Of a stretch of 64,000 nt of DNA, positions 49,681 through 62,495 are shown piece by piece. The stretch comes from Octopus sinensis (taxonomy: Eukaryota). The notes beneath the pieces are model-generated. The model saw only the letters and a program-made list of their open reading frames with translations, searched no databases and was not told where the DNA came from. The position numbers were made by a program, and so were the translations under genes. Location: contig NC_043004.1 of assembly GCF_006345805.1 (NCBI RefSeq), forward strand, positions 17,174,001 through 17,238,000, written 5' to 3'. Position 1 is the first letter of the stretch, and every line of letters begins with the position of its first letter.

Positions 49681-50241
49681 ATTTGAACTTAAATTTTATT
49701 TTAGCTGTTAGTTCATAACAAGATAAAAATAACATGCCAAAAATACGTTCAGAGGTGCGGTGCATGTTTTTGGATATATGTTTAATTATGAATCAATTAG
49801 ATTAAGAAATGGCAACAAAAAAGATGAGATTGGATTTATGTTGAGAGGCATACAGTACAAAAATTCAAGAGAGTAAGTTCTTGTAGTCGTAACGTCTGAA
49901 AAATCAGAACGATAACAAAACTAGGCGTAATCTAGAAGCTGTTGCAAGCTTTTCAAACAGCATTTGCTCTCAGCCAAAGAACAGAACCTTTTTTTAGGAT
50001 TCAATTCAGAATGTTTGCGTGTCGGAAGGACAGCACACCTATTGTCCAAAGTATATAAATAGTAAACTATCATTATGCGGGTTCAGTTTGTGTTTGTCTC
50101 CGAACTTAAATATGCCTGGTCCTCAAAAAAGTAAGCCAGTGATTTTAGTGTAACCTTACCAATACGATACGTTTATAACGGCTGTAAGAAGACATTAAAC
50201 GCAGTATTGTTTATTATTTGACCAATGTGTGTGTGTTTTAT

Positions 50242-50316
<75 letters not shown>

Positions 50317-50365
50317 TTATATATATGCATATATATATATATATATGCGCGTGTGTGTGTGTATG

Positions 50366-50409
<44 letters not shown>

Positions 50410-50418
<9 letters not shown>

Positions 50419-50810
50419 AAAAGGGAACAAGAACGCAAAACATCCAGACAGAAGGTGATACAAAAAAGGGACAAAACATCCTGACAGACGATACAAAGAA
50501 AACAAGGACTGGTCATTGGGAGTTTTCTATCGTCGGTGGAGTTCCAGATTATCTTTGCAATTTCGGCTGGTTATACTCGAGATTGCTCCAATCTGGCCAA
50601 ATCCAAGGAAAAACTAAGCTAAGAGCATTAGATTCCTTGGAAGAAAGCAGCGAATGTATACGAAAACAAGGACGGAAAAAACAGAGAAATGTTACACAAA
50701 TAGAAATGCAATTAACAGGACATAATAACAGATGTCTTTCGACTGAGGACGAATTAAATTAAGCTGGCGTATGTGGAAGAAAAGCCTTACGGCAGGGACA
50801 TAGGAGTTAA
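50410..50810. repeat. Interspersed repeat of uncertain class with a short internal tandem duplication
   Basis: AAAAGGG..CAAAACATCC.GACAG..GATACAAA occurs twice; resembles a recalled octopus repeat. Confidence 0.35.
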
Positions 50811-50958
50811 TGGGTACAGATATATATATATATATTGAAAAGAAGAACTGAATAGAAAATTGGTTTTCTGATATTTTTCCCACTATAATAATTAGATGCT
50901 TATAAACTATTAGGTATTTACGATTTATAAACACTTGATAATGTGTATAAGGCCTAAT

Positions 50959-51604
50959 CTTTTACTTCTCTCTTATTTGTCTCAGCCATTTCACTGTGGT
51001 CATGCTGGAGCACTGCTTTTAGTCGAACAAATGGCCCCCAGGACGTATTCTTTGTAAGCCTAGTACTGATGATTCTATCGGTCTCTTATGCCGAACTGCT
51101 AGATTACGGGGACGTAAACACACCAACATCGGTTGTCAAGTGATGGCGGGGGGACAAACAGGCACAAACATATATATAGATATATATATTATATATATAT
51201 ATATATAAATTTATATATAGAGGGCATAATTATACATACATGCCAGGAGGCATTATATATACCTGCCAAACGCTAAGAGGGACAATCATCATTTCTACCA
51301 AAAATATTACTAATCAGTATGAAATCACTGTGATACAGGCCTATATATTTTTAAATGTCTTACTTTGAAAAGTTGCATTCGGTGGGATTAGTAATATTTT
51401 TGGTAGAAATGACTGATTGTCCCTCTTAGCGTTTGGCAGGTATATATAATGCCTCCTGGCATGTATGTATAATTATGCCCTCTATATATAAATTAATATG
51501 TTCAATAAGAAATAATTATTTTCGAAATTTTTTCTCTTATGAGGTTTTTACGCTATCTACCTGACAATTTCTTGTTAAGTTTTCCTTATTAAGTAGTTGT
51601 CCTT

Positions 51605-51650
<46 letters not shown>

Positions 51651-51807
51651 GCTTCTTTCAGTTTCAGTCTACAAAATCCACTCACAAGGCTTTGGTCAGT
51701 CCGAGGCTTTAGTAGAAACACTTGTCCAAGGTGTCACGTAGTGGGACTGAACTCGGAACCATGTGGTTGGGAAGCAAGCTTGTGATCACACAGCCGCTCT
51801 CGTGCCT
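50959..51807 (-). mobile_element. SINE-B expanded by insertions in its internal (TA)n
   Basis: 3' half 50959-51170, 5' half 51645-51807. Confidence 0.85.
51208..51494. mobile_element. Palindromic MITE-like element: 108/109-bp inverted arms, 70-bp spacer
   Basis: 51208-51315 is the reverse complement of 51386-51494 except for one extra C; TA-rich flanks. Confidence 0.85.
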
Positions 51808-52059
51808 TCCACACAACCAATCCTTTGCACGTTCAAAAAGTCTCTCCGCAGTAAGTATTTTATTGCAAAATTAACATTTATAAGATGGTATAAGACTACC
51901 AAAAATATATTAGACTTTACAAGCCTTTAAAAAACTTTATAAGAAGTGTTGAAAGTGTCGTCTTTCATTTTCAATACATAATTTGACTCTACACATGTTT
52001 TGAAATATATCTTGGAGGAAAAAATTCACTGAGGAGAGACTTATTGAACACTCTGTATA

Positions 52060-52290
52060 TGAGCGTGTATCTTTCTGCAAGCATTTGTACTTCCACAGCC
52101 GCTTGACAACCGGTGTTAGTTTCTTTACATCCACTTAATTTAGCCAAAGGGTAAGACGCTTGTAGAATAAGTTACAGACTTGTAAAAATAATAAGCATCA
52201 GGGTCGATCTCTTCGATTAAAAAGACTTCAAGGCAGTGCCCCAGCATGGTCGTATTCCAATGACTTATATAAGTAAACTATGAAAGATAT
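52060..52290 (+). mobile_element. SINE-B 3' half
   Basis: CCGCTTGACAACCGGTGTT..GGGTCGAT..CAGTGCCCCAGCATGGTCG; a similar 3' half lies at ~57720-57985. Confidence 0.65.
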
Positions 52291-52469
52291 ATTCTGTGTG
52301 TGTGTGTGTGTGTAAATTTTATCTTGATTAAAGTAGAATAATAGAAAGAAAAGTGTGTGTGTGTGTAGGTGTGTGATTATACATTAGATATACAGGCGTG
52401 GGTTTCCCTTTCTCTTTTACCCTTTCTCTCCACTTGTCAATCTCTTTCATTCTATTTCACTCTCTCTCC

Positions 52470-52505
<36 letters not shown>

Positions 52506-53246
52506 TGCCGTACTTATGTGCATTTACATATACGCGCATACATACGGACATACGCTTACCACTTATATATATATATATATATGTCTGTGTGCGTGTATGT
52601 GTGTGTATGTATATACATATACATATATATGCATATGTATCTATATATATACATATGTATATATATATACATATGTATATATATACATATATAAATATAT
52701 ATAGGGATCTTTTCTATTCTGAAGCCAGTTTTTTCAAATTTTTCCTACTGAACCAAACAATTTGAAACTTCGTATACTGGTAGAATGTGTCAAAAGTAAA
52801 CTTAATTGTAAACCAGAATGAAAACGGAATTGTAACCTCTAAGTTTAACGTTGTTTAATAATTAGAATTTTAACCAATGATATTCCGTCATTCGGCTTTA
52901 TTTTATTTACTCCGTCTCGACCACCAATTTCGTGACGTATTAAACATCTTAAATGTAAACAAAGCGCTTTCGTTTGCTATTAAGAAGTGGCATCTCCGCC
53001 GAGGTCGATTTTGCCTTTCATCACACACACACACACACACACACGCTCACACACGCATATATATAATTATACATACATTACACGCACGCACACACACACA
53101 CACATATATATATATATGTATATATATATATCATCAGTTTAATTATATAAGGCTCACACATTTTAGATATTTAATACATCCGCACGAATATGTGTGTTTA
53201 TTTATTTCATAAATATTTACATACATATATGAACATACATATATAC

Positions 53247-53329
<83 letters not shown>

Positions 53330-55148
53330 GAGAGAGAGAGAAAAGGACAGACAGACAGAAAAAAGGAGGACGTTTTATTTCAATGAGTTCAAGCAAGATA
53401 AATGTAATATAGTAAGAGAGGGGGAGGCAGACAGACTTACAAAGAGAGAGCAGACTACGTCAAAACTGCTTTCAACGTCACACTAACAGATCGCAGTAAC
53501 GTTTTACATATGAAAACAAGCAATCTCATTGGTTAAAATTCGCAGTTTTAATCTACGATTAAAGTCATAAAATAGATTTTTCTCAAATAAACTAGTTCCA
53601 ACTGGCGAATAAACTAGTTCCACTCTATGAGTACACGAAGTTTCAAATTATTTAGTTAACTAGAAAGATCTGGGGTCCTGGCCACGATATTGAAAAGATC
53701 CATATATAGATAGATATATACATATATATATATAAACATTTATACATATATATACATATATATATACATATATATATACATATATATATACATATATACA
53801 TATGTATATATACATATATACATATGTAAATATATATATATATATATACATATATATATACATATATAGATATACATATATATATATACATATATATATA
53901 CACATATATATATACATATATATGAATATATACACATATATATATTTACATATATATATATATACATATATACATAAGTATATATACATATATATATACA
54001 TATGCATATATACATACATATAAGGGTTGCATTTAGATCCTTTCTTTTATTGTATTTCCTTTTAGCGATAGCTACTGACCCCTCTACCCCTGACCTTGTT
54101 TATTCTCTTTAAATCCTCTTTAGATTCATATCTGCTTTCATCTGTGTCGGGTTGATAGTAAATAGCTGTGTACTGGTCAAAAAAAAAATAATAATAATAA
54201 TAATAATAATAATTTTTCTTTCCACATAGTTCCTGAATTCTTAAAGTTTCTTAAAGATTCAAGCTAACTAAGCTATCTAAAAATTCTTCCGTATTTGGTC
54301 ACTTAAAAAAAACCCCTCCCGCTAAGTTGTCACAGTATACTCTATATAGGCGCCTTTTCTTTTCTCCCCATTCCACTTTTTCTTTCTTTCTTTTCCTTTT
54401 TCTTCTTTTTCTTTTTTTCTTTTTCTTTTTCTTTCTCTTCCTTTCCTTATTTCTTCTTTTTTCCTTGTCTCTTTCCTTTTTCTTTTATCTTATTTTATTT
54501 TCTCTGCCCCACAAATAAATTCCTTCAGCCTTTAGAATTCTCAACATAGCAGTTTTGCACGGAGAGCAATAACATGGCAAATTACCTTATCATATAGCAT
54601 GAAATGATTGTGGATTAATAATGGTTAAATACATCGTCTGTGAGTATGAAATCCCTCATCTTACCACTGGAAATGTAAATCTTCACTATGGATTAATTCA
54701 CCTTTTCTGTGAAACTAATAAGTCTTTAAAAACCTGTGATAAGTCTGTGCATCATCCTCTTCATATCTCTGGAAATTTAAATCCACACTATGGATTGATT
54801 CATCTTCTCTTCGAAACTAATAAGTTTTTTGAAAATTCTGTGATAAGACTGTGCATCATCATTAAGGAACTTTGGAAAACTGTTTACAACCTATATCTGC
54901 CTCTAATGGAACTATCTCCAATATCTCATGAGTATAACCTCACCCACTAAGATGTCTAGAGAACTCAAATGTATTTTAGCTGATGAGTACGGGACACTTT
55001 TATCTGCTGCAAGTTTTGCAACTTGTAATAAAGCCTGTCTTTGTATGAAACAATTGTACTAAAAACCAATCCATTCTTGTTGCTTCTTTCTCGTATACAT
55101 ACATATATATACATACATACATATATATATATATATATTATATATATA

Positions 55149-55187
<39 letters not shown>

Positions 55188-55195
55188 CATATATA

Positions 55196-55227
<32 letters not shown>

Positions 55228-56568
55228 CCATGAACAAACATATATGTATCTGTATATCGGTAACTGTTGATATACATTTGATATACATTCATATTGTCTC
55301 CAAAATCCATTGAGAGTTTAAAGTAGTAAGAATTGTCATATATGATAAAATATCTTCTCGTCAGTGTACTTTTGATAGACATTCTATTTCATTCCCATTT
55401 TCAACAACAATCATATAAATATTTTCTCTCTTTTCTAAGCTATCAGATTTGCCAGAGGAAACGTTCCGTTTCTACAATCCATTATTCTTACGATTAAGAG
55501 AGAGGCGTACGCACAACAAGGGAACGCAGAGCTGTGTTTTTTCCTCTTCCTGCTGTTGAAGTGATGCGTGAACAAATGTAAAACATTCGACAAAATACAG
55601 CAGTTGTTACACAAATGTTATGTGCTTGTGAGTGTTTGTTCTTTCTTTTAGTTGTTTGAAATTTTCCCATAAAGAATTTTCGATGAGATGTTGATATCCG
55701 TGCAAACATCCTTCAAAGGGGAACATGACAGACTAGTCTGCTTCAACAACACCAAACCACAATCACTACTCACATCAAAGGGATGATGTTGTTACATTAT
55801 ACACTCGCTACTCATGAACAACGCATGACTGGAACACTCGAAATTGCTGCAAATGCCAGTTCTCACAATTTCAGTTTCTGAATTGCAACAAATCTCAAGT
55901 ACTAAACCACAGTACACTACCGCAATTATAACCAAGATGGTGATGCGGTTACACATAGAAACGACCTAGAAAACATTAAATAAAATTAATCCATTATTTG
56001 ATAAGCATTCCTTCGTCAGTTTTTTACAATCATTATTTCATATACGTGCTGTTTGCTTTCAGTTTATCTTCAGCTGATACTGAAAATTGCTTTCGTTTTT
56101 CTCAACTAACAAGCTGCGTACCTCCTAAACTTCATCCCGTTCTCTACCTGTCATCATTTTACTTTTTAGTCAAACTCCAAACACAACATCAATAAAAATT
56201 CATTCCGATCTGTCTACTCAAACCAGCAGCCACCAGGACGCACGAACAATTTTCTCTGCAAGCATCAATCTACAGAGTTCCAAGTAAACATCATCCGATC
56301 GATCTCCCAAGTCTAGAAAAGCTCCCAAATATCCTGAGTGCCACTCCTCTTCCTCCTTCTGCTGCTCCTCTTTCTCCTCTTGATCCTCCTTCTTAAATAA
56401 AAATTATTACAATCACAGGTACAAGCCCATCAAGATATTTTCTAATATAACGACGCCTAGACTGGACTGGTATTTTATTCTATCGATCCCAGAAACATAA
56501 AAAGCAAAGGTGACCACGGTAATATTTCAATTCATCACGGAGAGAGCTAAGCAAAATATCGCAAGATA

Positions 56569-57131
56569 TTGGGTTGTCCGGAAAGTTCGTGCCGATTCAT
56601 AGTAGCTTACCTTTCGGCTTATTTTAGAACATGGTTGAGTCCATAAAATAGAATTTGACTACACCTCCATTTAGAGCACAGGTTAAGCTATCTTTTCGTG
56701 GAAGAAGGTTAACCAGTGTTAATTCTGTAACCCTTTAAAATGGAAGATAAGAAAGTTCATTTTCGGCACTTGATGCTTTTCTTTTTCCGTAAAGGGAAAA
56801 ATGCCTCACAAGCAACCAAAGAAATATGCGCAGTTTACGGTGATGTTTCTTTATCCGAAAGAACTGAACGGAAGTGGTTCGCAAGGTTCCGAGCTGGAAA
56901 TTGTAGCCTTATTGATAAAGAGCGATCAAGTAGACCATCCACTACAGATGATGACCAAATCAAGTCATTAATTGAGAATAACTCACATTGCACAACCCAA
57001 GAATTGGCAGAAAGCCTCAACCTATCAAAATCCGTCGTTCATGAGCACCTGGTAAAGCTTGGGTAATGGCAAGTATTTATTGACCTTTTTCTTTCCTTTA
57101 AAAATCGGCACGAACTTTCCGGACAACCCAA
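56569..57131 (+). mobile_element. 563-bp non-autonomous mariner, perfect 29-bp TIRs, TA TSD
   Basis: TA|TTGGGTTGTCCGGAAAGTTCGTGCCGATT ... AATCGGCACGAACTTTCCGGACAACCCAA|TA. Confidence 0.95.
56740..57066 (+). CDS. Truncated mariner transposase, DNA-binding (two HTH) region only, 108 aa
   Basis: MEDKKVHFRHLMLFFFRKGKNASQATKEICAVYG..RKWFARFRAG..SRPS..LAESLNLSKSVVHEHL; uninterrupted; catalytic domain deleted. Confidence 0.75.
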   Translation: MEDKKVHFRHLMLFFFRKGKNASQATKEICAVYGDVSLSERTERKWFARFRAGNCSLIDKERSSRPSTTDDDQIKSLIENNSHCTTQELAESLNLSKSVVHEHLVKLG

Positions 57132-58479
57132 TATTTGCTCTAACTCTTCCGCCAATTCAGCAATAAAAAGCAATGCTCTGGAAACACAGATAGGATCTCC
57201 TTTGATCGAAGCTGACCATGTATCTGCTCTTATATATGCAGCTCTGTGCAAGATTCTATTTGAGAAGGAAGACTTTCATTTTCCAATGTTTATCGATGTT
57301 TATCCAAGGGACAGGTCACCGACTTATTCCGATACAGTTTGACTGTAGTATCATCTCAAACGTTGCTGTCAGACCATAAAGTATCGGAAGAGATACCGTA
57401 TGTATAAAAGTCATCTGTTTACAATCTTTCAGATCTGACAGTTAATCATTAGGTCAATAATATTTTATTCTATATTTTCGTAAATTTATTTGGATATGAA
57501 TAATTTCAAGATAAGCCTACTTTTATATTGTAGATCAAATAACCAGTTTTGTCGGTATTTATTTTTTTAACACGTCATATGACGTGTTTCAGAGCTTAAA
57601 TTAGACTCGTGAAACTGGGAAAGTTTAGAAATTCATCAGATCAGACTGTATAGTTTAATTTATTGATATTCCTTTATATAATAAAAATTAGCAAATCATG
57701 CCATAAGCGAATTTAGAAGACGGAAACTGTGTGGATGACTGTTGTATGCGTGTGTGTGTGTGTGTGTGTGTGTGTCTGTGTGCATCTTTGTTTTTGCCCT
57801 CCCCCCCCCCGGCCATCACCACTTGACGACTATTGTTGGTTTCTTTACATCCTGTACGTAAGCGATTCTGCGAAAGAGACAGTTAGTACCGGGCTTGATT
57901 TGTTCAATTAAAGCCTTTAGAGCAGTGCCCCAGCATGACCGCAGAAAAAGATTTAAAAAATTAAAAGAGTAACAAAAGATAAAAATATTAAATGTCTTTA
58001 TTTCTTTTAAAATTACTTCACAGTTAAATGTTCTGAGATAACCACTGATATTTTAGAAGAAGCTTAGCATGAGATTTTGTAATAATCATGCTTTTCCAAG
58101 CTTTCAGTTGATATCTTAAGCGAACAGAATTTCCACCAACTGAGAATCAAAACTGAATTACAGCCCCAACACACCAGCTGCGCAACTTTTACTCTAAGAC
58201 AATCGCATTAACTAAAAGTATTATTGATCTCCTACAAGGTCACAAAACCACAAATACAATCGACACCAATAAACGATCCATGCTTATTTTATCGACCCTG
58301 AAAAGCAGAGCAATCACCGGCAAGTGTCCGAGACAGAACATAAAGGGAAGGGATGTAACTCTGTATCGGAATAACTTTAAGGCACTCTACCTTTTCTTTC
58401 ATTCTGGCATTCCACTGTTTGTTCCATAGCTAAAAATTTATCATCAACATTAAGTATAATATAAGATATATAATTAATA

Positions 58480-58680
58480 TGTAGAAATTGATTAATAAAT
58501 AGAAAATGCTTAGTGACATTTCTCCCGACTTTACGTTCTGAATTCAAATGCCGGTGGGGTCGACTTTATTTTTCATCCTTTCGGGGTCGATAAATTAAGT
58601 ACCAGTCAAATAATGGGATCGATGTAAGCGATTTACCCCCACCATGGAAAATACTGGCCTTGTGCAAAACCTTGAAATCA
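58480..58680 (+). mobile_element. SINE-A copy, decayed (another at ~62910-63065)
   Basis: GTTCTGAATTCAAATGCCGGTGGGGTCGACTT..CATCCTTTCGGGGTCGATAAATTAAGTACCAG. Confidence 0.75.
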
Positions 58681-59221
58681 ATAAGTGGGATTAAATACAT
58701 TGATAAGAAATTTCATTGGTCCCAGAATTTTTGTCAATATTTCTATAATGTCCATTCTGCATGGCATTTCGAAAATGAGGCTGATTCTTCACTTTTTTTT
58801 TATTGTGGGTGACGACGATCACTCGGAAGACACTTGTAGATATAGAGCTGCAAAGATGAAAAAAAATATTATAAAACAGTAACATACTGGAGTGTATAAC
58901 TACGTCGAAAAATACTGAGATATTGAATGTAGGCGTGTTCACGTGCCTGTGTGTGTGTCAGTATTAATGTGTGTGTGTATGTGTGTGGTCTGTGTGCCTG
59001 CGCCGTAGAATCCTAAAAACCTGTGGCAGTCTATGCCGGTAAACACTAAGTACAAAATGTTCACAAAGTATGATAAAAAAAAAAAGTTTGCCTTAGGGAA
59101 AAAATTGGAACGTTTTGAGCAGAATTCTTTATAAATTACAGCGATTAACATATTCACGTTAATAATATTTTTACTGAATTTATAAACAAGAGCCAAGAAA
59201 TCTTGTTAGATTCATTAGTTC

Positions 59222-59280
59222 GAGGCGCCTTTGGCTGAGGAGATACATCGATGTCGAAACACCGAGTGTCCCATAGTCTC
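59222..59280 (+). ncRNA. Type I hammerhead ribozyme candidate with intact catalytic core
   Basis: CUGAGGA 59235-59241; stem II GAUA/UGUC with 6-nt loop; GAAA 59256-59259; stem III ACAC/GUGU with CGA loop; GUC triplet 59268-59270; stem I CUUUGG/CCAUAG (one U.U) plus distal GAGG/UCUC beyond a 3-nt bulge. Confidence 0.75.
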
Positions 59281-59704
59281 CTTACACTAATAAATACATA
59301 TTCATCTTAAATGAGGAAATACATGAGTGAGTAGTATATTTAGGTTTGAATCTGCCGAAACGTATTAAGAATGAATATACCAGTCAATATCTTCATATAT
59401 TATTTTGTCATGACAAAAAAACAAAGCGGGTAAATACATTGTGACCTCCATCTTTGTTTGAATGACATCAGTAATGGAAGTGATGTATATGAAATGAAAA
59501 TATTTTATATAGAGAACGAAACCACTTCAGATATTCTGCATGTCAGGAGATAAACTTTTCTTCTATTCGACGCAACTAGCGTTATAAGTATTTCAGCTTA
59601 CGTCAACGAAGAGAGCTTCTGGAAAAGTTCGTGATCCATTCGTGATTTGTTCTACACTTTGTGAATTGTTTCCATTATATAATATATATTTTGTGTGCGT
59701 CAGC

Positions 59705-59735
<31 letters not shown>

Positions 59736-59809
59736 TGTGTGTGTGAACATACATACACAAACAGACAGACGAACGAACAGACAGTAAATAAAAGAGAATG
59801 AGATAAATG

Positions 59810-59887
<78 letters not shown>

Positions 59888-59888
<1 letters not shown>

Positions 59889-60364
59889 TCTTTCATTCTT
59901 TTACTCGTTTCAGTCGTTTGACTGCGGTCATGCTGGAGCACCGCCTTGAAGGGTGTTAGTCGAGCAAATTGATCCCACGACTTATTTTTCTTAAGCCTAG
60001 TACTTATTATATCGGTCTGTTTTGCCGAACTACTAAGTTACGGGGACGAAAACACACCAACACCGGTTGTCAAACAGTGATGGAGGGACAAAGACAGACA
60101 CACAGATACATACATACATAAATACATACATACATACATATATATATATGTTATATAATAATAAAAGGGTAAAATTAATTAAATATTAATTAATAATTTT
60201 ACCAAGTAGTGTTCAGTATGTAAAAAGACCATTTGCGGTATATTTAAAACATTACGTTATATAATTAGGGTTCAGTAAAAAAAATTTACTTTACCACACA
60301 AGTTCGGTGTGTGGTAAAGTAAATTTTTTTACTGAACCCTAATTATATAACGTAATGTTTTATA

Positions 60365-60395
<31 letters not shown>

Positions 60396-60553
60396 ATCTA
60401 CAGGCTTCTTTTAGTTTCCGTCCACCAAATCCACTCACAAGGTTTTGGTCAGTCCGAGGCCATAATAAAAGACACTTGCCCAACGTTCAACACAGTGGTA
60501 CTGAATACGGAACCATGCGGTTGGGGATCAAGCTTCTTACCAGACAGCCACAC
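59888..60553 (-). mobile_element. SINE-B with a foreign ~200-bp segment in its internal microsatellite
   Basis: 3' half 59888-60110, 5' half 60398-60553. Confidence 0.88.
60245..60362. repeat. Near-perfect inverted repeat, 56/55-bp arms, 7-nt loop
   Basis: TAAAACATTACG..TTACCACACA-AGTTCGG-TGTGTGGTAA..CGTAATGTTTTA; the only difference is A8 vs T7. Confidence 0.92.
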
Positions 60554-61862
60554 CAGAGAGACAGTCATTTTACTACTGATATTACTATATGTTTCTATTA
60601 TATAGTATATCCTAGATATTTATTAAAAATATATAACTGATACTTTATACTTTCTTACTGAGTTGCTTTCACAAATGTGTTTTGATGTTTTATTTTCTAT
60701 AGCGTTGTTGTGAAAAGTTTTGGATGTTTATTTATTTATGCATGTTAGCATGTCTATCTCTCTGGCTGTATTTATGTCTATATGAATGCGTGTGCATGTG
60801 TTTATATCTCTGTGTTGTACAGAAAAGTTCGGTTGACGTAATGAAGTAAATATATTCAAGTTTACTTAACGTGGTTAACGTTTAAAATATTTAAAACTCA
60901 TCTTCAAAACTGCCAAATTACCAACAACACTTTGGAGTCATTAGATATTCCAGTTCAACGAACAGAAATAGAAATTTAGAAAACAGTGTTATATTGAAAG
61001 ACAATAGGGTATGTTTCTGCAGATAGTATTCTTGGGACACACAAAATTAAAGGTAAACCACACATTAAAATGTAATCCATCACAGAGCTTGAGTTATAAG
61101 TTTTATTGGAAGAAAACAGAGTAGATATAAGCAAGGGTACCACTCGTTGTTAGCATAGACTATCTCTACAAACGACAGAACAATTCTTAGTTGTTAAGAG
61201 ATGTGTGAAACAAGTTTCGTGAAATTGTCATTGGTTATTTATGTAAGATATTTGGAATCCAATGTAAGAGTTTAAGTCCACGATTCAGCCTAAAAGTCCA
61301 GACAATCTCCAGTAACATAAAAGAATAGCTCAGAAAGTTGGGACTCATTTCCGTATGATATCGATCGTGAATATCTGCGTCAGAGGAGAAAATCTGAAGA
61401 TTAAATGACTCCAGGAAATCAAAATTGATTTATGAGCGATTAAATATCATTAGAGAAATATGTTATCTTTCAATGGAGAGTGAAGTTATTTCTGCGTTCT
61501 GACGATGCATTCTTTTCAAGAACATCAAGGGGTTTTCCAAGACATGTCTTGTGTGTAATATGTCATATGACAAACGCTTCCGATACAAGGCGTCACATTC
61601 TGTCATATTGTTACAATATGCTATATTATTAAAGGATACTGTGACACTGAATGGAGCATTTGAATTGTTTTTTTTTGTTTGTTTGTTTGTGTTTGTTTTG
61701 TCTTTTTTTGTTTTGTTTTTTTTTTCGCGTGATATTTTAAGAGTATGGAAAGAATACGCTTTACAAAATCAAATTTTCAAGCAAAATTAAATGAAGTACA
61801 TCTAATTTTACTTCAATATAATTATGACCACCTATTCTTAGTGTAAAGCTAGTCCAAGTACT

Positions 61863-61925
61863 CAACGGTTCCCAAAGTGGGCGGTGGAAAGTTCCAAGGG
61901 AGCGTTGAAGAAAAGAACACAGCCA
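61863..61925 (+). mobile_element. Possible hAT (Charlie-like) terminal fragment
   Basis: CAACGGTTCCCAAAGTGGGCGGT resembles CAGTGGTTCCCAAA hAT termini; no partner end seen. Confidence 0.3.
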
Positions 61926-62079
61926 CCGCTCGTAAGCGAAAAATGGTTTCGTAACTTGCACCATATTTTCGCTAATTGCTTTCAGTGTATATGTAGTCAC
62001 GAGCAAACTGGCATTCCACCAGTTACGACGGTGAGGGTTCCAGTTAAACCGATCAACAAAACAACACGCTCGCGTATTT

Positions 62080-62255
62080 AAGGTACAAGTGGTTGAGTAC
62101 TCCACGTAGTTCTCAGGGAGATTTAGCATGACACAAAATGTAACAAAGCTGGCCCTTTGAAATACAGGTACAGCTCAAGAACACAACGTGTCGTCAGGCA
62201 TCAAACTCACGATCGTGAGCCGAATACCCCTAACCACTAAGCCACGTGCCTCCAC
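62080..62255 (-). mobile_element. SINE-D-related fragment with tRNA-like head
   Basis: CAAACTCACGATCGTGAGCCGAATACCCCTAACCACTAAGCC parallels 63470-63512. Confidence 0.55.
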
Positions 62256-62495
62256 ATGAGTGAGAGATGAAGGGAGGGGTTGCAACAGCAATCGACTGGT
62301 ACTCGTTTTCAGCTGAGTAGACTGGGCCAAAGTGAAATTATGTACCTTACTCAGACATGATATGCCTTCTATTCGCATCATTTATGTTTGTGGGTCAAAC
62401 TAGAACCTGAGATCTAAAGGTTGTGAGACCAACGTTCTAACCACAAGATATTCACTCGCCTTCACAAGATATAGGTCATCAACAAACTGAACCTA

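Larger units (their letters stand above)
56445..57155 (-). mobile_element. Decayed SINE-A split by the mariner element
   Basis: CTGGTATTTTATTCTATCGATCCC..GCAAAGGTGACC left of the TA; TTTGCTCTAACTCTTCCGCCAATTC right of it. Confidence 0.55.

Noticed and set aside
54975-55010. CTGATGA followed by GTACGGGAC as another hammerhead
   Set aside because: No downstream GAAA and no stem I or III pairing.
55480-56400. Unique-looking segment that might be a promoter or exon
   Set aside because: No long ORF, CpG island or diagnostic motif; cannot be supported without expression data.
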